From assembly GCA_964540495.1 (NCBI GenBank), contig CAZIMQ010000001.1, positions 1 through 25,157 of the forward strand: a stretch of 25,157 bases of DNA. Reading direction: 5' to 3'. Both the position numbers and the translations under genes were made by a program. The notes under the pieces are model-generated. The model was not told the origin of the DNA. It searched no databases and saw only the letters and a program-made list of their open reading frames with translations. This document shows, piece after piece, positions 1 through 9,500 of the stretch. The first letter of the stretch is position 1. Each line of letters starts with the position of its first letter. Source of the DNA: an uncultured Candidatus Saccharibacteria bacterium (lineage in GTDB: Bacteria; Patescibacteriota; Minisyncoccia; Phycocordibacterales; CAIRYW01).

Positions 1-869
1 TCGTTTTTGATACTCTTGTTCAAGAAATAAGCAAGAAAGAAAGATATAAACAGGGTGAAAAGGTTTAGAGTAAGATCTGTTGTGTTTTGCAAGAAGAAAA
101 GTTGAGAAGCAATCATGATTACCAAGATAAATCCAAGCAACTGCTGGTTCCAACTCTTTAGGTTAAAAGTTCCAAGCTGTGTTGTTGTAAGCATGATCAT
201 GAGCTGGAATATAGGAAGTGCAAAAAGTCCGTAAAGAGAAATTTCGTATATATTAAATTGAGTCGCCCAGTATTCTGTAGTCGAAAAAATCAAAAGAAAC
301 GCAAGAAGGGATGAGCAAATAACAAAAGTAGCTTTTTTCCTTTGGGTGTCAAATGTGTGCCAAGCTCTAAAGGTTGTACTTAGTATTAGTAAGACTGTAA
401 TTCCTTCAACAAAAATTTTGTAATTTGTTAGAAAATTATTTTCAATTGATTCACAAAAAGGTTGTCCAAAACCCGTAATCGCCATCCCTTTCAATACGAT
501 AAAAAAGGCTGGAAGTGAGAGAGCTAACATGAAGATTTTCTTCTTCATTGTGATCCTTCCTGTTGCATATATATCAAAGAAAAACACAGCAGAAATAAAC
601 GCAAGAATGTTTATAAAATCAAGAGTTTGCCAAGCTGTGTTTACTAAATGGTAATTATTAGATGTCCAAGTAATTAAATCCCCCAATAGCCAGAGATTGA
701 ACATCAGCACAAAAGCAAAAAAACTCCCAGTGAGGGGTGTAACTTTGTTTTTGGAAATTACAAAAAGAGAAATACAGATTCCAATTGCTAAAGGTACCAA
801 GTGAGCGTAATAAGCAATCGGTCTTACTTCATTAGTTGTCGCAAAGCATGTATTTATTATTTCAATCAT
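1..869 (-). CDS. Polytopic (about 9 TM) membrane sensor protein, probably the N-terminal input region of a histidine kinase; 3'-truncated by the window edge
   Basis: Not in the ORF track because there is no stop in the window. Manual translation from the ATG at 869 gives 289 open codons: MIEIINTCFATTNEVRPIAYYAHLVPLAIGICISLFVISK...WLLGDLITWTS...PFCESIEN...FFLAYFLNKSIKN(E). About nine hydrophobic segments end in a charged helix start, which is typical of TM-to-DHp junctions. The kinase domain itself is not visible, so that part is inference. Confidence 0.55.
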   Translation of the reverse strand, partial: MIEIINTCFATTNEVRPIAYYAHLVPLAIGICISLFVISKNKVTPLTGSFFAFVLMFNLWLLGDLITWTSNNYHLVNTAWQTLDFINILAFISAVFFFDIYATGRITMKKKIFMLALSLPAFFIVLKGMAITGFGQPFCESIENNFLTNYKIFVEGITVLLILSTTFRAWHTFDTQRKKATFVICSSLLAFLLIFSTTEYWATQFNIYEISLYGLFALPIFQLMIMLTTTQLGTFNLKSWNQQLLGFILVIMIASQLFFLQNTTDLTLNLFTLFISFFLAYFLNKSIKN

Positions 870-885
870 GTTATTTATGTTAATT

Positions 886-1752
886 CTATTGCGACATCTT
901 TAATTTCACAAGGTCTAAAACATCAGGACTGTAACTATGCCAAAAAATATTACCTTCAATGTCGGTTGGTTCGAGTGCTACAATGATCGGTCTTACTCCA
1001 AAAAAATCTCTTACAAAACGAAAGGATGGTAAAAAAATTTTTTCTACGAACTCTCTTTCTTTTTCATCTTCAAGCATGAAGTTTTCAAATAAAACCGTGT
1101 TTCTTGTGAATAAAGCTAAGTAAAATTTATAGTAATTTTCAGCGGTTTTTCCACATGTTTCTAACCATTCAGAAGCGTCAAAAAAATTCTCTGTGTTTAA
1201 TTGATTGTACTTATTCTTTAGAATATTACGGTGGAAATCCACAACATCTTCTCCCCAAAAAGTTTTTAATGAATCAAAATGTTTCCCGTTAGATTCATTT
1301 ATATCAGCGATGTTTTTGTATTCAATTATGTGATCATTATTTTTTCCAAAACCAAAATGAAATGGCATTTTTATGAAATATTTTTTTAATTCGTTAACAG
1401 ATACAAATTTATCTTTTAAGTATTCAAAAAAAATAGGTTTTAATTCTAAAGAATCACTAATTATTAAAAATCTTGAATTTTCATAATTACAAGTTGCTAG
1501 TTGTCTAAATATGCTACTGTTTTTACCCTTAAAATAAATTTCAGGTTTTTGTTTTTCTTCAAAAAATTGTTCTATTTTTTTATCTAAATCTTTATCTTGT
1601 TCTCTTTTTGAAAGTTCGTGCACTGCTTCTTCTATTGTCATGTACACCTCTTTTTCAAATTCTGCTCGGTTTATTGGGGCAGAATTTGTCTGTGAATTTG
1701 CTAAAAAAGTTTGTTCTATTGTACTTCCTGACATATATCTGTTTCTTTGCAA
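886..1752 (-). CDS. Hypothetical soluble alpha/beta protein (288 aa; the true start may be the ATG at 1734); possible Rossmann-like fold
   Basis: Long ORF with alternating beta/alpha pattern (SIFRQLATCNYE, KPIFFEYLKDKF, FFDASEWL, YYKFYLALF, VLFENF, FGVRPIIVAL). It overlaps the upstream gene and lies 16 nt from the sensor gene start. Confidence 0.75.
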   Translation of the reverse strand: MQRNRYMSGSTIEQTFLANSQTNSAPINRAEFEKEVYMTIEEAVHELSKREQDKDLDKKIEQFFEEKQKPEIYFKGKNSSIFRQLATCNYENSRFLIISDSLELKPIFFEYLKDKFVSVNELKKYFIKMPFHFGFGKNNDHIIEYKNIADINESNGKHFDSLKTFWGEDVVDFHRNILKNKYNQLNTENFFDASEWLETCGKTAENYYKFYLALFTRNTVLFENFMLEDEKEREFVEKIFLPSFRFVRDFFGVRPIIVALEPTDIEGNIFWHSYSPDVLDLVKLKMSQ

Positions 1753-2018
1753 AGCTCAGTACAATCTTCATTTTCGCATCGCTCAAAATCTTTTGCCGAG
1801 ATTGTGTATTCTTTGTAAGTTTCTAATCCATTCGGGGGACACTCTTCTGTTTCGCAGTTGCGACTTAAGCACTCTTCCTCATCAGGATTACAACTTACTT
1901 CCACATAAAAATCATAATTTTTTGTTATGTAAAATTTGTTCACACTTATGAAAACTGCTACGGAGATCATAAGTAGTGAAAGAAAAAAGAAAACTTTATC
2001 TGAAAAAACTTTTTGCAT
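1716..2018 (-). CDS. Small single-TM-anchored, acidic, 8-Cys extracytoplasmic protein of unknown function
   Basis: N-terminal hydrophobic helix (VFFFLSLLMISVAVFISV) followed by a Glu-rich domain with 8 cysteines. Co-oriented within the operon. Confidence 0.7.
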   Translation of the reverse strand: MQKVFSDKVFFFLSLLMISVAVFISVNKFYITKNYDFYVEVSCNPDEEECLSRNCETEECPPNGLETYKEYTISAKDFERCENEDCTELCKETDICQEVQ

Positions 2019-2059
2019 TTATTTGATTAAAATATAAACCTTCTCTACAGACTGTTTCA

Positions 2060-2974
2060 TTATAACAGAATTAGGTAAACTCCAATAGCCATAATTACTA
2101 TTGAAACTCCTTTTTGGATCAGGTGCTTTTTAGATATGTTTTCTGAGGAAATTTTTGGAAAAAAGAGTGTTAGTAGAATTCCCTCAATAAAAACAAAAAG
2201 TGGTTGGAATGTGTAAGTTGCAAGAAGGACCAAAGCAACAGGGGCAAGCATAAGTGCGTAGTTGTTTGCGATGATTGCAATTGACTGTATTGTTTCCCCT
2301 GCGATATTTAGTGTGGCTATTTCTTTTCCTCCTTCTTTTATACTGCCAATAAATGAGCGTCTATAGTTTGCAACAAAAATAAGACAAATAATTCCAAAGG
2401 CTACCATTCCAATTTGATTCCAGAAAACTGATGGCCAAAAATCTACATGTTCTGCAAATTTTTTATAAATAATATCTGAAAGCGCGATTGTGAGAGCTGA
2501 AGCCAGCATTAGAACAACCGCAATTGATTTAATCTTTTTCTTTTGTTCAAACTCTACAGAAAGGATTACTGCTCCCAAAAGCACAACAATGGCTCCTAGA
2601 ACTTTTATCGGTTCTATTGTTTCTCCTAGGAAAATAATTCCCAAAAGAAAACCGAATACTGGCGCAAGGAGCCAAAAAGGTACTACATAGGAAGCGTCTT
2701 CTTTTTCGAGGGCGTAAAGGTAAAATAAAATACATATTGAATACATTGCCCCAGCGACAGCTAGGAAAAATTTTTCAGATCCAAGTAAATCAAAAACAGA
2801 AGTGTCACTTAAAAAGAATGCAATTGGTGCAATAAAGATTGCAAACAGAGAAGAATAAACAACCAATCCCCCCACCCCAACTTCTTTTGAATATTTAGAA
2901 ATCAAATACTTGTCGGCGTGATTAAGAAGGCTCCAAAGAAACGGCGCTATAAGTGACATTAAAAACCAGTTCAT
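2060..2974 (-). CDS. EamA/DMT-family transporter (two 5-TM repeats)
   Basis: 304 aa, about 10 TM segments. DMT-type motifs: LWSLLNHADKYL, LYALEKEDASYVVPFWLLAPVFGFLLGIIFLGE, and the second-repeat ALMLAPVALV...QPLFV. Confidence 0.88.
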   Translation of the reverse strand: MNWFLMSLIAPFLWSLLNHADKYLISKYSKEVGVGGLVVYSSLFAIFIAPIAFFLSDTSVFDLLGSEKFFLAVAGAMYSICILFYLYALEKEDASYVVPFWLLAPVFGFLLGIIFLGETIEPIKVLGAIVVLLGAVILSVEFEQKKKIKSIAVVLMLASALTIALSDIIYKKFAEHVDFWPSVFWNQIGMVAFGIICLIFVANYRRSFIGSIKEGGKEIATLNIAGETIQSIAIIANNYALMLAPVALVLLATYTFQPLFVFIEGILLTLFFPKISSENISKKHLIQKGVSIVIMAIGVYLILL

Positions 2975-3034
2975 AGAATAAGTATATATAATATAGAATT
3001 AAGAAGCTAGCACGCTAAAAAAGAAAGTCTAAAG

Positions 3035-3055
3035 TGGGGAGTGGGTTGCTCCCCA
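3035..3055. terminator. GC-rich hairpin, probable intrinsic terminator of the rhs-immunity transcript
   Basis: tggggag-tgggttg-ctcccca forms a perfect 7-bp stem. It is flanked by T-rich runs on both strands and lies about 85 nt downstream of the immunity stop. Confidence 0.6.
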
Positions 3056-3140
3056 ATTTTTTCTTTTTAGTTTCTGGTGTTCTTACATTAAGATGAGTCC
3101 CAAAACCCCATTTACCTATTCCTATTTATCTGTTTCTGTA

Positions 3141-3530
3141 CTATTTATTGTGGCTATTTTTAGATTTAATAGCTGATGTAATTCCAAGAACCGTCCCATT
3201 GCATATACCTATAATTAAACCAAGTCCGTTCCATGTTGATTCAAAAAAGAAGAAGTAAGTTTCTAGTAAAACAATAAGTCCAAAAGAATAAGCTAAAATA
3301 TATTTCCATAGTATTTCCCCATTATTCTTTTTTAATTTAAAGAAGATTAACGATCCCAAAACAGGAGCAATAACTGGTGATAATACTGTCATAATTGTGC
3401 TTACTGGAGACAAGTTTGTGTTTTCAACTAAAGCCATTATTTTGGAGAAAAGATAGTACATCAAGATGGTAGGTATAAACCCTGCTAAAATAACATAACT
3501 AAAATTTAATAATTGTGTTTTGTTTTTCAT
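3141..3530 (-). CDS. Putative immunity protein for the RHS toxin (129 aa, about 4 TM)
   Basis: Starts 4 nt after the rhs stop and has four hydrophobic segments. The position matches the toxin-immunity layout of polymorphic toxin loci; function is inferred from context only. Confidence 0.65.
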   Translation of the reverse strand: MKNKTQLLNFSYVILAGFIPTILMYYLFSKIMALVENTNLSPVSTIMTVLSPVIAPVLGSLIFFKLKKNNGEILWKYILAYSFGLIVLLETYFFFFESTWNGLGLIIGICNGTVLGITSAIKSKNSHNK

Positions 3531-3534
3531 TTTA

Positions 3535-6500
3535 TTATTTACTTATTTTCTTTTTAATACTTTCTCCTGCGTATTTTATGCTAGATTTTAAATTATTAAT
3601 TTTAGTTGGCAGACTTTCTACTTTGTTTTTAGGAACCCCTCTCCCCACTCCTGCGTCATAAAAATTTTTGGTTTTTAATTCTGAAATCTGTTCTTTCGTA
3701 AATCCAGCATTAAGTAAAATTTGAGTAAACACGTTACCAGAATTTCCTTGCCTATTTGGTAGGTCTCCTCCAAATGGAGAGTACGCTCCTAAATTGTTAT
3801 CAATTGCATTATAACCATCATAAACTTTCTGCTCAAACTCTTGTTGACTCATTCCATCAGGAGCTTTTAGTTCATGGGTTGAAAGATAATCATTTTCCGA
3901 TAAATTATAGTCGGTATCATAATTCTCATCTTTGAACAGATCTCCCCAAATAAAGTTTTTTGTATATCCTCCGAGTGTTGTTCTTTGCCCATTATTAATA
4001 TTAGGATTATCTCTGATCTCAATAAAACTATGAGCTCCTATTGTTACGTTTCCAATTTTTACAGGCCTATTCACGGCCTGCATAAATTGACCATCTTTAT
4101 CTGAATACTTCATCGGATTATTTCTCGCATAGCTATAACTATTCATAGCTTGAGGATCAGCAAGGTAATCACCAAACTTCAAACCAGTCTTAGATTCTAT
4201 TTCCCTCTCATTTCCTACACTTAAGAATACTGAATCCTGTGACAAAAATCCACCAGTCTTACTGTTGTAATATCGTGCATTAAGGTAATTTAATCCTGTA
4301 GAATCATCAAACTCCTCCCCTATATACTTCCTACTCGAATCAAAACTTCCCACCTTCTCATTTAGTCTCACATCTCCAAACGGGAAGTAATCCAAAGTCT
4401 CTACTTTTGTTCCCGCACTTCCTGTAACTATATTTGAACTTCCAAGATGATCAGTGTGAATGTAGTAAGGAGTAGTTGTGGTTGCGACTGTTTCTATTGT
4501 TGCTACGAGTTCATTTCCGGCGTAGATGTTTTTGGTTTTCTTTCCAGAGTTTGTGACGTTGTAGAATTTGTTTGGGAAGGTTGTTGTAGTGGTTCCTACA
4601 GTTTCTGTAACTCTGTTTCCTTCGTGATCGTATTTGTATGTTGAAGTCACCCCTCCTTTTACAACTGACGTTAGTTGGTTTTTGTAATTCCAAGTGTTTG
4701 TGAGTGTGCCGTTTGTAAGAAGGTTACCGTTGTTGTCGTAAGTGTAAGGCACTCCTGCAATAGATGTAGCTGCGTGAGGGTTTGCGTAGTTTGTGCCGGC
4801 GTAGGTGAATGCTCCAAGTGGATTTGAGAGAATGTTGCCGATTGAATTGTAAGAAAATCCTTGGTAATAGTTTTGCCCGTTGATAGCGTTTGTTGCGTTT
4901 GCTGAAGTTAGTCGGTGCAGATCGTCGTAGACGTAGTCAACAGTTTTTGCTGTACTTACCATAGAGCTGTCTATGATCTTTGTGATGTTTCCTACAGGAT
5001 CGTAAGTGTAGTTTAGATCTTGAAGATTCGCCGGTACGTTGTTTTGGGTAAAGATTCTTGAAAGTCGGTACATTTTGTTTGCATCGTAAGAGAAAGTTGT
5101 ATTTACAAAGTTTACAAAATTTTTGGTTTCCAAAGCTCCAAACGATGTGTAGTTAAAGTTTGAAACAACTGTCTGTACTGTGCCCCCAGTTTCTTTTCTT
5201 TCTATTTTTTCTAAAAGTCCGGCCCCATTGTAAGTGTAATAGACTTCTGAATTGTCTGGGTAAACAATCTTCGTGGTGTTTCCTTGGCGGTCATAGGTTA
5301 AAGATGTGGTATAGGTCAAAGCACCAAGATATTTGATCTCACTTAAAGGTTGATTGTTTGGTCCATAGGTATATCCAATGTTTCCTGTACCTGCCACAAT
5401 TACATTACAAAGTTTACCTTTACCGTTTGTACAAGTGTTTTGTACGTGGGTGATTTCGGTACCCACTCCACCTGTGTAGTCTTCGGTTAAGATTTGGTTT
5501 AGTTCGTTGTAAGTGTAGTTTACCGTGTGATTATTTGGACTAATTGTTTGAGTTAAATTGTTTGTATTGTCGTAACTAAATTGCCACACTCCAAAAGTAG
5601 TGTCTGCTGTTGCGTGTAAATCTTCTGCTGTTTTTCTTCTACCTAAACCGTCGTAAGTGAAGTTGCGTACATTTCCTAAAGCGTCTGTGATTTTTGTAAG
5701 TTTGCCGTTTAGGTTCCAAACATAGTTTGTGGTGTAAGTTGCTCCAGAATTTACCTCTTCTACTTTTGACAGATTTCCGCGCACATCTTTGAAAAATCTT
5801 TTTACTTTTCCTTTTGCATCAGTTACTTCTGTTTTTAGATCGTCGTAGGTGTAGTTTGTAGTACCAAGTGTGTTTGCAACTGTAAGAGGGCGACCAAGCG
5901 TGTCGTAAGTGTAAGAAGTGTAAAGAAGATTGTTTGAAGATGGATTTGTTTTTCCTCCGTTTGCTCCACCGTAAGCTACGGTTTCTTTTTCTACTAGACC
6001 TCTGTTGTTGTAGACAATGTCTTTGACTGCAAAGTTTGCACTACTTAGACTCTCTCTGGATTTTCTTTCTTGGATCAGTCTGCCGAAGCCGTCAAAATAT
6101 TGATAAGTGTCGACAAAAAGATCTTTGTTTAGATAATCTGTTTTCTTTATTGCTACAGCTCCTGAGGTATCTGTGTAGAAATATTTTGTTTTAGTAACAG
6201 GTAAATACGGAGATAATTCATTTGGAATCTTTTCTTCAAGAAGTCTTCCTAGTCCGTCGTAGATATTTTGATATACGAAGTTGTTTGCGTCTGTGATTTG
6301 TTTTGGTTGTCCTGAAGAGTAGTCGTATGTGTAAGAAGTGATCTGGTTAAGAGGCCGTGTCACAGTGCTTGGGTAGAGGTTGTGAGCGTCGTAGATGTAG
6401 GAAGTCACATATCCACGCGGATCAGTTTCGGTCGCCACTGTTCCATTTGGATTGTAAGATTTTTGGCTGTTTATATAAGTACTTCCTGTGACCCAGTTTT

Positions 6501-9500
6501 CAATTTTTGTAGGATTTCCTGCGCCAACAAGCCCATACGCTAGGTTGTCGTAGTAAATTTTTGTATCACGCACTCTACTTAGGTTTTGGTCAGACACTGT
6601 GTTTACGTAAGGAAGCCCCACTACTCCGTTTGTAGTGTTGTTTACGTAACTAATATTTTCTATGCTTTTGTCTGTACCGGTGTCTGTAAATGAACCGTCG
6701 GTGTTTGCTACAACTAGTCCGTTATCAATTTTTTGTGTGAGGTTTCCGTTTGTGTTGTCATACACATATTCTTTTGATGTGTCTGCGTGCGTGCTGTTGC
6801 CGTCGTACTGGAGTGTGGTTTCGCGTACAAGTTTTACAAAGTTTCGGTCTGTTCCGAGACTTGCTTTGTCCCATTTGTTTACGGAAAGTCGGAAAAGATT
6901 TCCAGAGCTGTCGTACTCTTCTGTGCGGTATACTTTTCCTGCTTTAGAAATATGATCGTCAAATTCTCCAAGGGCTGTAGCTGTAGTGTCTCCTTGGTGG
7001 AAATATGTTTTTGTAACATTTCCTGCCGGATCAGTTTTTACAACTTGCCCAAAGCCTGCGAATTTTCGATCAAATATATTTCCATTTCCTGTATAGAAGG
7101 AACCATCTTTGTAAACATAATTTGATTCAGATGAGTTTCCACCCTCTTCGTGTTTAATTTTTGAAACAGTAAATATTGTAAATGGAACTTTTGGATTTAG
7201 TAATGCTCCGTTTGTGTCTTTGTATTGCTGTGAGGTTTTATATTCAACGCTTGTTTTTCCTCCCGTTGGATATGTGATTGAGCTTAGTAAATCTACTTTC
7301 TTGCTTTTATTTGTGTAAGCTTCGACTTCTCCTAAAATATCTTTTCTGATTACATCAATCATTCCATCTCCATTGAAATCAACCAGACGGGTTCCTTTGT
7401 CTGACCAATTTTGCCCCTCTGTAAATGGCAAAGGATTTAACCATGTTGTATCTAAATCTTGCCAAGAGTTACCTAGGTCTATGTATGAAGATCTGTGGCT
7501 GAGACCGTCCCGTGCTAAAAATTTTAAGAAGTCTGTTTGACCATCTCCATTTACATCAGCCATTCTAAATCCGTTATCTTTTCTGCTTACTAGAAAAGCT
7601 TCTGTGTCACTTATTCCCGTAAAACCTTCTATAAATTCATAGTTTCCATTTCCACTGTTTATAAATTGCTCTTGCTTGATCTGGCTACTTATTCTAAACA
7701 TTCTTATAAAATCAGTTAATCCATCAGCATTTACATCTACTTCAAGAAAACCATTGTCTTTATTTGAAACATCTACAAAATTTAAGTCTGGTAAGCCCCA
7801 AAAGACATAAGACCATCCAGCACCTGTGTTTGCGTATACACTATTTGTTCCTTTATTGTTTGCATGAATTAGATCTACGAGTCCGTCATTATTTATATCT
7901 GCGATTCTTACCCCATTATCTTTTCCATCAGATAAATTAAACATTACAGGTGGGTACCAAGTGGGAGCGTCTATCCAAGTATTTCCATTGTTTATATATG
8001 CTTTTCTAACAGTATCGTAAGATCTAATTATGTCATCGAGACCGTCACCATTTACATCAACTACTCTGTAGCCTCTGTTATCGCCTTGTTCATAAAAATA
8101 TGGACCAGTTGGCAAATCCCAATTACTTGATGTTTCTAATGTCCAGCCTGTACCGTTGTGAAGGTATACACTACTTACTGTTGGTCTTCCAGAATATAAA
8201 TATGATTGAATAATATCAGGTAAACCATCTCCATTTACTTCAGCAAATATTGCTCCAGATGTAGCGCCACCGGCATCATAAAAAGAAACAGGTAGTTCCC
8301 ACTCGGTTGAAACATTTTGCCACCCAGGAGTATCTGAATCTTGATAATTAAATTCATATGGTGGCAGGGTTGTTGCCACACTATTTTCATCTATTCCTGT
8401 TTCTATGATTTTTTTGAGTAAAGAAACTTTTCTGTAAAGTGGCAGTGCAAATTCAAATTGATATTTTCTTAAAAGAGTGTTTTCTTTTTTAACAAGAATT
8501 TGATGCATTTGTAATTTTGTTTCTACTGGAAAACCTAAATTTGATTTTGCGTAGTAATTTAGGTTGTCTTGGTAGACAAATTCAACTTCAAAGATCCCGT
8601 CTGTTGTTCCGTTTCCTGTGTAAAAAACTTTCTTAGGATATAGTTGCCCAAAATTTAGATTACTATCAAAATATTCAAAACGGACAAAGTTGTTATTTGT
8701 GTCTCTGATTTCAGTTAGAAACCATCGTACTTTTTTTGCTGAATTGTTTGGATCTTTTTGAATAGATTCCGGGGTAGTTCCAAATTTATAAACAGTTCCC
8801 TTTTTATCTACCGCAGTCCATGATCCATTTAAATATGTATATTTTATAAAACTCCCATCTTCTACTTTTGCACTAAAAGTTGTGTTGTTTGTAGTAGAGG
8901 AAAGTTCACCACTTAAAGATGAGCTAAAATAGTCATCTGTAAACATGCTATTTAAGCCTTTTTTGTTTACTCTTTCGATATATGGAATGTTTAAAGACCA
9001 CCCTGAAGCAATAATACTAGCTTCTGTAACGTTCTTGCTTGAATATTGTAGAGAAAGGTTTGGTTCCATTCCGTTTCTTCCAGGAGGTACAGTGATTTGT
9101 ACTTCGAATTTTAGAGAACCGTCCGATTCTTCAACTTGAGCAAATTTATTTGTCTCGAAATTGTTTCTGTAGTGATCGACAGCCTCGGTTTCATCTTCCA
9201 CCGCAGCTTCCATTGTTTGAACTTCTTCGGTAGCTGTTTCTGGTTCTGGGGTTACTACTGCTTCCACGGGAGTTTCTGGACTAGTAGTCGTTTGTTCTGT
9301 AATAGCAGGTGCGCTTTCGGGTGCAGGAGTTTCTGCTGTTGTGGTAGTTTCCGCAGGTGCAGATACGGGCTCTTCGGCAGTAGGCGCTGCCAATACAGGC
9401 TCAAACGGAGCGAGTATAAAAGAAAAAACTAGCACAAGAAATGCTAGTTTTTTTGATATATTAAAAAAGTAAGAGTTGACCGACAGGCTTTCAAGTCGTG

